A DNA stretch of 64,000 nt from Mytilus edulis (taxonomy: Eukaryota), in the NCBI RefSeq assembly GCF_963676685.1, contig NC_092356.1, forward strand, positions 63,426,001-63,490,000. The letters are read 5' to 3'. Within the stretch, counting starts at the first letter, position 1. Every line of letters begins with the position of its first letter. The position numbers and the translations under genes were made by a program. The notes under the pieces were generated by a model. The model did no database searches. It was not told the origin of the DNA and was given only the letters and a program-made list of their open reading frames with translations. Positions 1 to 13,900 of the stretch are shown in pieces.

Positions 1-649
1 ACATCTGTATAGAAAATTGGTACACAGTAGTGGATTAGTAATAGTCGCATTTTGATGATCGTTTTCCAATCCACTACTACTGATAAATCTTCTAGCAACA
101 CGTTTCCAGTAAAAACGACCGTCTATTTTACGTTTTGACAATAAATCAACGGAATTTCATAAAAATCATTCGTATTTTGTATATGTTATTATAATAGTTG
201 TAAATGATTAGATCCACTCGACATTTTAACAAAGGTTTGATATAACACAAGTGGAGTATTAGTTCTCTATTTAACTCCAAATTTCATATTGCTTAATAAA
301 TACTTTTTTAATGTTAAGTAATTACACACTTTTTTAAATTTAACAGTTTTCAGTATTTATGATTTACTTAAAAAACATACATTGATAAACAGAATTTATA
401 AAAGATTAAAAATCTTAATTGCCAAATTTAGAATGTTTGCAAAAAATCTTTTCATGCGGTCGAAACGCTTTCCTTAATTAACCTTCATTAGGAACGATTA
501 AAGCTAAATTTTTCAAGGATATGCAATTTGTGCATGCATATTTTTAAGAAAAAACATATATGATGTTATTCGAGAGTTGTTGACCAATTATCCGTACCAA
601 TTCAAATAATAAGGATAGAAAACCCTAATAATTCAAATCTTTAATGTTA

Positions 650-1883
650 CACCGGCAATATTTTCCAACGTGATTTTAACATGAGGATCACGTGATATAC
701 ACGTTGTCCACACAACGTGAGTAGAACGTGAAACGAGCAGAAAGGTAATATTTACGTTGTGAGAACAACGTGAACAAAACGTTGGTCACACGTAATATTC
801 ACGTTGTGTATATTGCTACGTGATATAAACATGATAATACAACGTGATATTCACGTTAAATATATACCACGTGATATAAACGTCATAATACAACAGGACA
901 TTTATGTGAAGCAGTCATTTGGAAAAATTAAATATTCTTTGTTGTACTTATTGACATGCCATTTTTTTCTTGGTCATCTCTATTTGAAGATGCTTCTCTG
1001 GTTCATTATCTTAAAAGTAGGGGAAAGTGAGTTAAACATCAATAAATTGTCTTGTAGGTTATAACTGATTATCAGCAACCTCAAATAAAAAAAAAAAGAC
1101 CCACTCATCAAAGAGCATAACAAAGCATAATTCAGAATAACTCATGTGAAGGAATAATATTGCACAGTAACAACATACAATAACGTACAATTTCATTTTT
1201 TGCAATTGCTGAATTTTTATGTTGTACTTTCAAAACTATGGTTACAGTACAGTAGTCTGTTTTCTATTAAATATTAATAAAACTTCAGAATTTTAAACTT
1301 TTGCTTCAAATCAGCGCAACACTAGTGATAATAACTGTACATTTAAGTCTTGTTTGAACTGAAAGTTAAGGTACATGTACATGTATATTACTACTTTTAT
1401 TGTGACGGTACTATTTGAAGATAAAATTTATATGATTATCATTGATGATGCGCATGCATTACCTTATATATTCACTTGAAGCATGAACACCAAACATGGC
1501 CAATGAAAAAGCAACTTGCACTTACATATGTTATACATGTGATATTGATATAAATTTATATCATAATCATGTGAAAAAATAAACTTGAAAATAACAAAAA
1601 AAAATTTACATGTGAAATTAACACATTATTTACACGTTAAACGTTAAAATCACGTTCAAAAATTTACATGTGAAATTAACACAATATTTACACGTTAAAA
1701 TCACGTTAAATTTTTTACATGTGATAATAATGTGATATTTTAACGTGAATATCACGTGAGAATATAATGTTCGTAAAATACACATGATATAAACGCTTAA
1801 CCCATGTGATACACACGTGTGAAAAACGTTGTTCCTAGTGAGGAGCACAAACGTGAAACACACATTGGAAAAAATTGCATGTG
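650..1883. mobile_element. Non-autonomous TIR transposon with CAC...GTG ends, TA TSD and CACGTG-rich subterminal arrays
   Basis: TA|caccggcaatattttccaacgtg ... cacattggaaaaaattgcatgtg|TA. Confidence 0.72.
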
Positions 1884-2726
1884 TAGCACTGCATCAACCA
1901 TTTTGTTCCATTTCATGTTGCTCCATTACAAGTTGTTTTCCAAAATAAGGAAGATTATGTGCTGAATGATTTTTTAAACAATTATATATAAATTTTGCTC
2001 AAATTGTTTCCGTTTTATTGATAATTTTAGCGCTATAACCTTTGATATCCGTCGTCAATCAGTCAATTAATAAGCTAGTTTAAGCTATGGTACATAAAAT
2101 TGTACGCATTCCTGAATCCCCAGCAGAATTGCTCCTGTTACAGATGTATACTAAAACAGTACTTATTTTGATGTTAAATAATTTCAATCAAGCTGTTCAG
2201 TTGTTTTTGCTACCAACATATTGTTTAATCTTAGAGGTACAAATGTATCATCACGTCAACATTGTACAAACTCTAATTTGAATAAAGTGTGATATAAAAG
2301 TCACGACCGTTAAACTGCTTCTTTCAAAGTAACAACACAAACAAAACCATCGCCATTACATGACAATGAAATATATAATACCTATAAGATTAAACAATAT
2401 TTTAGTTGCGAAACAATTTACGGTGTTTCAGGGTACACGGCCACGACCGTTAAGCCACGTCTTTGTAAGTAAAAGTACATACAAAATCATCGCATAGTTC
2501 GCAATGAGTCAGCAATCAATTACATTGACACTTAAGCGCTTTTAGAGTAGACTTTAAAGATTAATGTATTTCGGCATTCGTGCTATTCATTTAACTCGTT
2601 TGCTATGCTCGTGTTAGAAGTGATGTCTTAGATTTTTTAATGAGCGTAATCTCTGATATACCGGTAAATTATCAAGTCAGGGATTCCACAAATTATTAAA
2701 ACCTTTACTAAATTATTTCATAGATA

Positions 2727-2942
2727 CTGTGGATTTACTTATTTTCGTGGGAACCAATTTTCATGGAGTAGGAAAATTTACATGTTCGTGGATATTGATA
2801 TGTCATGGTTTTGCCGAAGTGTGCCTTCAACCATTCACAAGCTGAAATTAAATGTTCAACGAATGAGAAATTTCATTTAATTGTTCACCAATCCTCGAAA
2901 TCTCTAAAAACTGGTATCCAACGAAGAATAATGAATCCGCAG
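2727..2942. mobile_element. Short related TA-target MITE
   Basis: TA|ctgtggattta...atgaatccgcag|TA. Confidence 0.7.
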
Positions 2943-2959
2943 TACAAATATTTGGTCTG

Positions 2960-3515
2960 CAAATTTACGGTAAAAGTACATTCCAAATTTTACGGTGATT
3001 TTGTAAACCGAGTCTGGAAATTTAGACACAATCTGGGTAAGCCTATTAATCGTTTGAAAAAACTTATTTTAAACGGTTACCTAATAAGCTCTGAGACTAA
3101 ATCATTGGTGTTGATATTGATTTTATTATCAATGACTGTTAAAAAACAAATATTACACATAATTATGTACTATCATTTGTCATTGATGAAGATGATGTTT
3201 TTAGCTAAATCCATGAGTTGTTGGATGTGTCCTGAATGATATTTTAGTCAGAAGCCTGTGATTCAGTGGTTGTCGTTTGTTTATGTGTTACATATTTGTT
3301 TTTGTTCATTTTTTTATATAAATAAGGCCGTTAGTTTTCTCGTTTGAATTGTTTTACATTGTTTTATCGGGGCCTTTTATAGCTGACTATGCGGTATGGG
3401 CTTTGCTCATTGTTGAAGGCCGTACGGTGACCTATAGTTGTTAATGTCTGTGTCATTTTGGTGTCTTGTGGACAGTTGTCTCATTGGCTATCATACCACA
3501 TCTTCTTTGTATATT
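2960..3515 (+). mobile_element. Degenerate copy of the second Penelope-like family with its attached repeat
   Basis: VHSKFYGDFVNRVWKFRHNLGKPINRLKKLILNGY is homologous to ORF 39108-39560. Confidence 0.6.
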
Positions 3516-4699
3516 ACATACATGTTCTTTTGTAAGTTGTTATTTGCTTTGATGAGTTATAAACCTCTTCATTTGATAGTTTTTTCATATGTTGTACTGT
3601 TACACTACTGTCCAAGATAGGGGGTTTGGCGTTAACAAACATGTTAACTCGCCCCATTCTTCATGTACCTGTCCCAGTTCAGGATCCTGTAGTCTAGTGG
3701 TCGTCGATGGTTCATGTTTGTCATATTTGTTTATCGTACTCTTTTATAAATTAGGTCGTTTGTTTTTATATTTATTTATAATTGCTTATACCCTTTTTGT
3801 TTGAAATTTGGTGAATAATGTGTACACATACCACATCTATGGCAAGCCGTTGTGGAATTTATTCCCTATTTATTAACAACGGCTTGCCATACACATATGC
3901 TTAATTTTATATTGGAATGTTTCATCCGTCCCCATTGACTGAAATATTTAGTTCCATTTAAAAGAACCATAAATTCATACTAAAACTAGCTCCACCTGCC
4001 GATTATTAGCACTTAATAAATAAAATGTTCAAATATTTCTGTAATTTTTCACAAAGATAAGAATTAACAAAATCGATCTGCAATCCACTTATACATATAA
4101 ATTTGTGGTTTGTATTCCATGAATACTCAGATATTCATTTTATCCCCTATACTTTAATCTTGCCAAAAAAACTGGATGTGGTTTCTAAAGAAATTAAATT
4201 GCATACTACAAAGCTAAATGTTAGCAAACCAGAGCCTAACATAAGACATATTAAAGGCACATTAAAGCTATATAGATATAGTTTACACAAATAACAACCG
4301 TTTGTCATGTCTGTACTCTTTAAATCTTGACTAATAAATGGCCTTTAAGGCTTATAGTGAATTCAGCATATAAAACCCCTTATTGTAAGTGATCCTTTGC
4401 AAAAATATCAAATAACTGACAGTATAAAGTCATTTAAAAGCATCAGATAAATGTCCATAAAAGGCAGACGATAATATCAACTAGGCTATTAAGATACCAG
4501 CAAAGAAAACACAACACCACTTTCAAAAGAAACAAACTCCGGTCATGGCGTATAAATAGATGTATAAAATGGTTCGAATCATTTAAAATCTATCTTTTTA
4601 GAAATGACATTTCTAGAAATGACTCATATTTGATAACAAATTGTGTTGGCTTACGAAAGAAACATCTCTCTGTTTTCTCTTAAGGAATGCAAACAAGTA

Positions 4700-5461
4700 C
4701 TGTGAAAGTACTTTAATTCGTGGGTATCAATTTTCGTGGTTTGATCAATATTAACATGTTCGTGGGTTTTTAAATTCGTGGATTTTAGTTTTCTAATAAA
4801 AAAAATAATTGAAAAACTAAAGCCTTTAGAAACGAAGGTTACAAATAGTCTTGATTGAAGGAAATTGCAAAGTAAACATTGCCCCGTGTAAATCGTAGTG
4901 ATAACACTAACTAACCCATGATAAAGTGATCAACAGATTAAAGACCATCAGAGGTGTTAATTAGGCCATAAATATGTCACCTAAAGAAAACAGTAACATA
5001 AACAAATGCTTTAAACGTACCTTGAATTGTCAAATAATTCTTATCAAAATCAAGCCCAGCATGAAATTATTATTTCCCATATGTACGAGAACTATGAGGA
5101 TATAAAATGAACACTTTATCATACTGGCATATCAATACCGGAAATCTGACGTTCGTCGATCAAAAATATCTTTTATGAGAATAAAAAGATCAACAGTTGT
5201 ACAGTTTAGGTTTTTAAAGATTAAATGGGTATAATCCTGCATACGGTTCTAGTTCTGTGACTGCTATTAAAGTATTCTCAGATTTGGCGTTATTCAATAT
5301 TTCTCTAGATCATATCAATAGTCAAACCTACCGATGGGGATCTTTCCATGACTTGATTTGGACAATGGTTGTTTTATTTCGTTGGACACTTAAATTCGTG
5401 GATAAAGTCATCCACGAAAACCACGAAAATTGGTACCCCACGAATAAAAGTACTTTCACAG
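4700..5461. mobile_element. TA-target MITE (Tc1/mariner-like)
   Basis: ~40-bp TIR ctgtgaaagtactttaattcgtggg / cccacgaataaaagtactttcacag flanked by TA. Confidence 0.85.
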
Positions 5462-5805
5462 TATTTAAAGTCTATAAATTAGCATGTCCAAGATAAGTGT
5501 TGTCAGTTTTGTCTAGACTGATATTTTGATATTAACTGTATCCATTTTTTTTTTTATTATTTCTGATATTATTGTGGGTATAGTATTCAAAGTTAACTAT
5601 CTATTTCTGCAATTGGTTTTCTTCATGATATCTTTTTTTCCCTTTGAACTGTTTCAAATACCAATTACACTAATTATTACTCACCTCTATGTGTTATGTT
5701 ATATGTTATATATAAAACAATAAATTGACACAAAATAAAACACATAGTAAAAATTGTATTATTACTGAAACATAGGTTTAGAAAGTTAAAATTTTCACGA
5801 CTTAC

Positions 5806-5818
5806 CTTTTAGAAGCAT
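5806..5818 (-). CDS. Coding exon 1 (MLLK+G) of a further paralogue; downstream exons not found in the window
   Basis: cttaccttttagaagcat is identical over 18 nt to gene B exon 1 and its donor, and the flanks are weakly similar. No exon 2 was seen in 1-5800. Confidence 0.6.
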
Positions 5819-6319
5819 TTTAAGCTGATTGTTGTGCATTCTTAAAGATTTAAAATGTCTAATCGATGAAAAAGAAAGCATGTATCTATTGCTTAGTATA
5901 AACTATTTCATGTGTTATAGATATATTGGTAAAATGATATACAAGGATTGTAAAATACTGTCACAACAAATCAAAATTTAATATCACTTGCAACTTTAAA
6001 ACGTGTAATGTTTGATTTCGAGAACTTAAACTTAAACTGACAACAATTGTAACAGTCAATGAAAATGTTTCCATCGGGAGTTACAGAGTGGTGTTCAGAT
6101 GCCGTAAACATGTAATGAAAGAAAATTTATTATGAAATATTGAGCGTCGACAAAATGTGTGCATATTAACCGAAATGTATAAAAGTCAGTACTTCATATA
6201 AAATTAATAATGTAATAAACAGAACAAATATAGAACAAAGCGTGTACCGATGAATAGATAAAGATTGTGATAACTTTGTAAATTGACAAATTTGTTTCGA
6301 AAAAAAATATACCTTTATA

Positions 6320-6941
6320 AACAAAATTTTACGATAAAAGAGATGATTTCAGCTTACAAATTGTACTTTCCATTTCTTAGTAGCAACAATTCAGGAGCAC
6401 CTGCATACGGGCCGGGGTATATATCTCCCAATTGAAGCAATATTCCAGTGCTTGTATTTCTTATCTTGATTTTCTTGATAGAGGGTTGCTGCTCACAAGT
6501 AAGCTGTTAAACCAAAAGTTCCAAATGGGGAAGTTAAAATCATAATTTCGTAAATTTTACTGATGCCATCACAAGTTGGTTGACCGTTATGGAAAAACCG
6601 TTTCACAGATAATATCGGATATGTTTCTCACGTCGTGCCTACAATCCCCTTTCCTTTCGTGAATGTGACCTACAGAATAAGACTATTTACCGGGTATGTA
6701 ATAACATGAGCTACACGATTGATGCCACATGTCGAGCAGAATATGCTTACCCTTCTGGAACACATGCGATCAACCCCCAGTTTTTAGTGGGGTTGGTGTT
6801 GCTCAGTCTTTAGTTTTATATGTTGTGTAATGTGTACTATTATTTGTCTGCCTGTCTTTTTCATTTTTAGCCATGGCGTTGTCAGTTTATTTTCGATTTA
6901 TGAGTTTGACTGTCCCATTGGAATCTTTCGCCACTCTTTTA
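6320..6941 (+). mobile_element. Older 5'-truncated Penelope-like fragment
   Basis: Degenerate homologue of 23126-23731. Confidence 0.85.
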
Positions 6942-8434
6942 TAGAAAATACTTTTTCTAAGTTTTTTTTAAATGAAACTTGTCCACAAGTTATACAATAC
7001 TGTATTTGTGAGAAACTATAATAATTGATTACTACAAATATGAAAGCAAACATAAGAAATTTCGTAGAAAATACTTAAATGTAAGATGATTATTAATGAA
7101 AAATGAATAGCAAACATTTTGTAAATTTATGATACAATTTACATAAATATCTACAATTTTGATTGCTAGATATAATTTAATTATATATATATGGTTCCTT
7201 TGATAACCAATTAATTAATTTTCTATTCAGAAGCTGTTTTTGAGAGTAAATATGACAGAAACGAGACTGATGCCAGATGATCTCTCGAAATCTCTTGCTA
7301 CTTTCAGAGGTTGACGCAAGTTTGTCTTATAACCATTATACTGTGTAGTGATCTTTATCCTCAACTTGATAATGGTTTGGCATTTTTTGAAGACAGCTTT
7401 TCCATTTATGTGATGAACTAAAGTCTATGTAAATAGGTATAACAAACATTTAAACTCATACAAAAACAAGTTCGAAATATTATTGACTTGTAACAGGCAT
7501 TCTTTTTTGAAATTATGTGTTAAACCTGGTTTTATAAAGACATACTACATGTACTACACGACTGACTGAAATATTTAAACCAGCTCACAATTTAATATAA
7601 CATAGACGACATCATAAAATAGGTGCAGTGGATAGAAAAGTTGGCAATGACGTCACGCTAAAAGTTTTTATACATTTTTATACATTCATAATGACTTTAG
7701 TACGGCCTTGCATCCTGTAATGTTATGACATGTAAAGAGTAGAAATTTTTCAAAACTGTTTTGATATCTTTACATGACAATTGGGTTGTGTGCAGAATGA
7801 TAGTTGAGAATCAGGGGGGGGGATATTTTTTAGTTACGATTGACTGCATCATTACTATAAGAAAGCTTTTTTGTGACATAGGGGTTCTTTTCTTGATTAT
7901 TTGATTTGTTGGTAACTGTGAGTACTCTCAAATCGTATTTTGTTGTTAATTCTACCTGTTGTTACTGTTTTTTTGTTATTTTATACTAATATGAATGTTG
8001 TCTATATACCAGCTTTGATTATTTGGAATATCTTCTAATTTTAACTTCTTCGTACAACATCTGTATGAACATCAAGATTATTCTTCTTAAATCTGTACAG
8101 GGAAGTTTTAGCTAGCTCTGATTGCATAGTTTTATCATTGATTTTCACCCTAATTTGTATCTAGTGTTATATTATGCATTTATATGACAGAACTTTCCTG
8201 GTATTCTTAATTATTGGAAAAATTCTATACACATAGTACTATACATAAAACGACAAAGCTATTTTTCATTTACCTGTATATATTACTAAATCCACAGGGA
8301 CTCGGTTAGCAGATTAAAATTTTGTAATTCAATGTTTTTAATTTATTTTTTATTATTTCCTGTCTATTTGCATTACTTTATTATCGTAATTAACGTTGCC
8401 ATCACTATTTCTTTGTTTTCTGGCAATGTGCAGT

Positions 8435-9049
8435 TTACAAAACTTTACGACAAAAGAGATGATTTCAGCTTTCCAATTGTGAACTTTCCATTTCTAAGTA
8501 GCAACATTCCAGCAGCACCTGCATACGGGGTATATATCTCCCAATTGATACGATATTTCCGTGCTTGCATTTCCTATCATGGTTTTCTTGATAGAGGGTT
8601 GCTGCTCACAAGGAAGCTATTAAACCAAGAGTTCCAAATGGTGAAGTTTAAATCATCCCTTCATAAATTTTACGGACGCCATCACGAGTTGGTTGACTGT
8701 TATGGAATAACCGTATCACAAATGATATCGGATATGTTCCTTACGTCGTAACTACAATCCCCTTCCCTTTCCTAAATGTGACCTACCGAATTAGACTATT
8801 TACCGGATTTGTTATCACATAAGCAACACGACGGGTGCCGCATGTGGGGCAGGATCTGCTTACCCTTCCGGAGCACCTGAGATCACCCCTAGTTTTTTGG
8901 TGGGGTTCGTGTTGTTTATTCTTTAGTTTTCTATGTTGTGTCGTGTGTGCTGTTGTTTGTTTGTCTTTTTCACTTTTAGCCATGGCGTTGTCAGTTTGTT
9001 TTAGATTTATGAGTTTGACTGTCCCTTTTGTATCTTTCGTCCCTCTTTT
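8435..9049 (+). mobile_element. 5'-truncated copy of the same Penelope-like family (RT C-terminus and 3' region)
   Basis: Near-identical to 23126-23731 (KLYDKRDDFSFPIVNFPF...MISDMFLTS*). Confidence 0.92.
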
Positions 9050-10789
9050 ACTATCTATATCCGTATGCTGGAAAAATCGTGAAGGGATCTAAGTCGCCAT
9101 CTTGAACTGCCTTCCCTACTTTAGATAGAAAATAATTAAAAATATCAACAAATTACTATATACCTTACAAAAGCACTCATTTTCTTCCGAAATTATTCTT
9201 CTATCACATGCATGTTTTGATTTGTGGATTAACCCTTACGTAGCTTCAGTTGCATTCGTGTCAGAATATTAAAATTTCCCAGGAAAGCAACGTAACTGCC
9301 AAACATGTCGTTTTCAGTATGATAGACGAAATGGGAGATAACTCTTGTCATTCGGAAACTTCCGGGTTGATTTTATGTAATTTATACGTGTTTCTCGTTT
9401 CCGGTTTTTATATAGATTAAACCGTTGGTTTTCCCGTTTGAATGGTTTTACACTAGTAATTTTGGGGCCCTTTATAGCTTATTGTTCGGTGTGAGCCAAT
9501 GCTCCGTGTTGAAGGCCGTACATTGACCTATAATGGTTTAATTTTATAAATTGTTATTTGGATGGAGAGTTGTCTCATTGGCACTCACACCACATCTTCC
9601 TATATCTATATAAAGTGGCTACCATAAACATTATAGACGTTTCATAATTATTCGTATACATTGTACAGCTTGTAGAGTACAGATGGGTTATTGCTATTCA
9701 TAAGATCTTCAAACATTTATGTGTTTGTTTTTTTTTCCAATAGATGCTTCGAAATCATTTGTCTACTTTCGTCTATTGCTGAAATTATATAATACAATTT
9801 GTAGGCTATAACATAAGAACAAATACAATTGACTTTCCATATACATTTTGAAGTTTGCCCTCTTCTATTTTAAAAGGGAATTTTTGTGTTAAAAGTTATA
9901 AATCTACAAAAGGAATCAATATTTTGTCTTTTAGAATATCAATGTCGAAATTCAAACTGTTTTTAATAATAAAAGCGAATATTTCAGAGAATATTCATAC
10001 ATACTTTCATTATTAATACAGTAATCAAAATATTATCACATTTAATAGTAATGAATTAATAACCTTACTGCATGCATGGGGTATATAAAAAAATTGGAAC
10101 AACATACAAGTTAACCCTTTATGAAACAAAGTATAGACAATACATATATCTAAAGACACTGAATGTAAATTTCTAAATATTCCAATACAAGTATTTACAA
10201 ATCTTGACGCATGTACTCACCGTTTCAGAATAACTTGACATGTATGTTTTATAAAAAGTAAAATTACAAAAACACTGAACTCTGAGACAAATTAAAAACA
10301 GAAAAGCCCTAATCTTATTTTCCTATATAGATTCAGTTTTGAGTTCTGCTGACTACTCGAAAAAAAAGCAGTATCATTTGAATTGTGTAAAACTGAATTA
10401 TTTATGCACTTTATAAATTTTAACAACATATACGAATGTTTTTATTACAATAAATCAAACAGTTTTTTGGCAGAATGTTCACTTGTTAATCCCTTTAATT
10501 TGCAAATTGCACATTTCGTTGCAAACTTCGTCGCTTTTAGTTTTGCTTTTCCCGTTTACTGCTAGTAGAAAAGAAATCGAAAAGGTAGATCGGAGTTCGG
10601 TACTTTTGTAATTTTATTTTTCGCCTGATGTGAATTACTGTGATCAGATCGATGTAAAACAGTGTTTATCTAAGTGATCTTAAAATATAGGGAATAACTG
10701 ACTGTCATGCCCAGTCAATTAACTCTTATTTCATGCTTTGTTTCAGTTTATTTTTCCTTTTTTTTTTGTATTTCTTCTTTAGTGCACTT

Positions 10790-10959
10790 CTATTTCTCTG
10801 TGCGCACTTTATTTGTCTTTGAACATTTTTGACAAATGTTGACACAGTCAAATGCTACAAGCACTCCAACAACGATAACAATGCATGCTGTTCCAAATAA
10901 ACCCATCGTTCTTGCTGAATATCTATTGTCCGGCACACTTATTAATGACCTTTTGTGTT
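10790..10959 (-). CDS. Gene A exon 8 (TM helix, tail, stop)
   Basis: 170 nt ending in TAG. Hydrophobic stretch GLFGTACIVIVVGVLVAF. Confidence 0.9.
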
Positions 10960-13900
10960 CTACAAATAAAAAGACATAATCATTATCAATTGAGCATACA
11001 ATAATGTCAGGCATGATTTAACCCTTTGTTATGATAATAAATCATTTAAATTTAATGCAATACAGTATACCGCATTGTCTTCTTTAGTTCAATCCATAAA
11101 TAAAAAAAAACAGAAACTATATTCCTTGTATTTCAAAGCCGGCAATAATGTTACGGCTGTTGTTTTTATAACAACATTAAAAAATTCAAAACGAACGGAA
11201 AACTTTTCAATGTTTGATAATAAAGCATAACTTTGCTTTGTAGTTCAAACTGTCATGCGTATGTTCCTGCGTTACAAAAACATGGACAAATAATTTTCAA
11301 ATGAATTCTCATTATTACAAAAAATATGAATTTGTGATCAATAAAGTATAGCCAAAATATTGAATTAAAATGAACCAGAGCTTAAATAGAACACTACACA
11401 TATATGTTCTAAGTTAAGGATGTACTTAGGTAAGGTGTTGGAAATTTGTGTCAAATGTTCGGTCTTCCTTGTTTCTTTCCAACGAGTAAGGGTAAAATAT
11501 TGTGCCCGAAACACCCATTTGTTTTCATTATAGACTTTTGAAGCTCATGAAAGGATATTTTCCAAAATTTAAGCAGATCCTTGATTTCTATTCTTTCGAT
11601 TTGAGACTGATATAAAGCCAATGCTAATTTAAGGTAAAAGTCCGAGTCAGCTTTTTTCCGCCATGTTTTAAAACTCAAATATGTCAAAAAGTAGCTCCAT
11701 AACCTATCAGTATTTTTAGCTTACGTCTTTCCTTAAAGGAGGGACGAAAGATACCAGAGGGACAGTCAAACTCATAAATCGAAAATAAACTGACAACGCC
11801 TGGCTAAAAATGAAAAAAACAAACAGACAAACAATAGTACAAATGACACAAAATAGCAAATTAAAGAATAAGATTAACTTAACTGATGCTCTTTCAACTT
11901 ATTTTATCAATTTTAATGTCTCGAATTTTTAGATTTCACTTAAGTACATCCTTAAGTGTGCGTAAAGCAGAGTCAATGCCTAAAGGCAAAATTTAGTCGA
12001 AATTGTATGATACATCGTTTTCCCACTACGTTTGTAATCATTTAGAACTCGTTTAAATGTATCTGAACTCCGACATATGATATGTATATAAAAAAAGATG
12101 TGGTATAAGTGCCAATTAGACAACTCTCCACAAGAGACCAAAATAACACAATTAAATAACTATCGGTCACCGTACGGCCTTCAACAATGAGCCCATACCG
12201 CATAGTCAGCTATATTATATAATGTATGTAAAAGAGTCAACATTTCACTTTTGATGCCATCAAAATTGAACAGACAAAATCTACTTGTTTTTCGCATGTT
12301 CGTAAATTAGGATTATAACGACAAAATAAGCTGTCGGTTTCACGCTACAAAACGGCAATTTGTTTCAGTTTACTCAGGTGTATAAAAAGAGAAATGTGTA
12401 AACCAATAACGAACTATTTAAAAACAAAGTGTTCTAGTGGGGGTTCTGGGAAATCGAGATTCAAAATACTGATTTTTTAAATATTTTCAACACATTTATA
12501 GACCTATTTTACAAATTGGATATTGACTACAAATATATTTTCTATTGTATTGTATACTAGCTACATAATCATTTAAACATTCAGATTTCTGATTCAACCA
12601 AATCTAATAGATTTCGGAAATATTGGGAACTTAAATATTATACTTTGCCTTAACCTTCTAGTTATGTAACCCTCTACACGATTAACAATGATGCCTGACT
12701 CGAAATAAATACAATCAAAGCTTACTATTAGTTTCTTTCTTACTGACAACCAGCTCTTTCTCCAGTTTCTGAATTTTTTCTTGCAGGTTGGTCTCTGGTT
12801 TAGTCGTGTTACATAACTTGTAGCAATAAATGTTATAACCTAACTGAACAGGGGTGGAACACATATCAGTTTGCTGAGTTAACGGCTGGCATGTCCATGA
12901 TTTAACTGATAAAAATTCATAAAAAGCATTTGATTAAAGATAATTAAGAGCAGAAACATGCACCATTAACGTTTAGTTGGTCCCTTAAAACAATAAGATA
13001 CAAATACACAATTCATAAAATGACGTTAAAAAACATCGCAATGGTTGTTCTTTTTTTACTTGAATTGATACAATTTCTTATTACATTGGTTGCAATGAAT
13101 TACATTGATCTCCCAGTTGAAAAATAAACCCAAAAATTTCACATGTGAAATAAACGTGGTTATTTCACTCTCTGACGTCATACAACAATAGGCGTCGTCA
13201 AGACGTCGATAACGGCGGATCAAAACAAATGGTGAATGCGTAGAAAAAAGATATAGTTCCTTACATGTTTTACATTAATTTAAAAAAAAAGCCATTTGCC
13301 AATGTAATAAAAAGATTAATTAATTAAAGAATTCAAATATCGAAAATTTTCAACTCGTGACCGAACAACACTGAAAATTAACTCATGCGCTTCGCGCATT
13401 CGTGAAATAATGTGTTGTTCGGTCACTCGTTGAATATTTTTCTCTATTTGAATTCTTCGATTAATTATTCTATAATTAACCTAAATATTCATCTATGACT
13501 CTCTAGATTATATCCAAACATCTCATGATAAAATGGCGGAATTATTAAAGTTTTAACATAAGGTTAAGTGCTGTACCCCAATTTTGAACATCTGAATCTA
13601 TTACAAACGTGTGTTACTTTTTTGCCACACATTGTTGTCAATATAATAGAATTTAATATTGTGACTGTCATACAAGAGACAGCTATCATGAAACAAGGTT
13701 TAATCCATCGTAATCTACATAAGGAAATGCCTGTACTAAGTCAGGAATATAATAGTAATTTTCCATTGTTTTGATATATTTTAGATTTTGATTTTGCTAT
13801 TTGTCAAAGAACTTTCTGTTTTGAACTTTCCTTAGAGATCGATAATTTTGTCATTCAATTGTTTTTAGATGCTACCGACAAAATTAAAATTATCTGATAG

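Noticed and set aside
45-120. Minus-strand 'DWKTIIKM' as exon 2 of the leftmost paralogue
   Set aside because: Similarity is limited to about three residues, with no matching donor or exon length.
8783-9092. Short hydrophobic or basic ORFs (also 23471-23738)
   Set aside because: They lie in the Penelope 3' terminal region and are repeat-derived.
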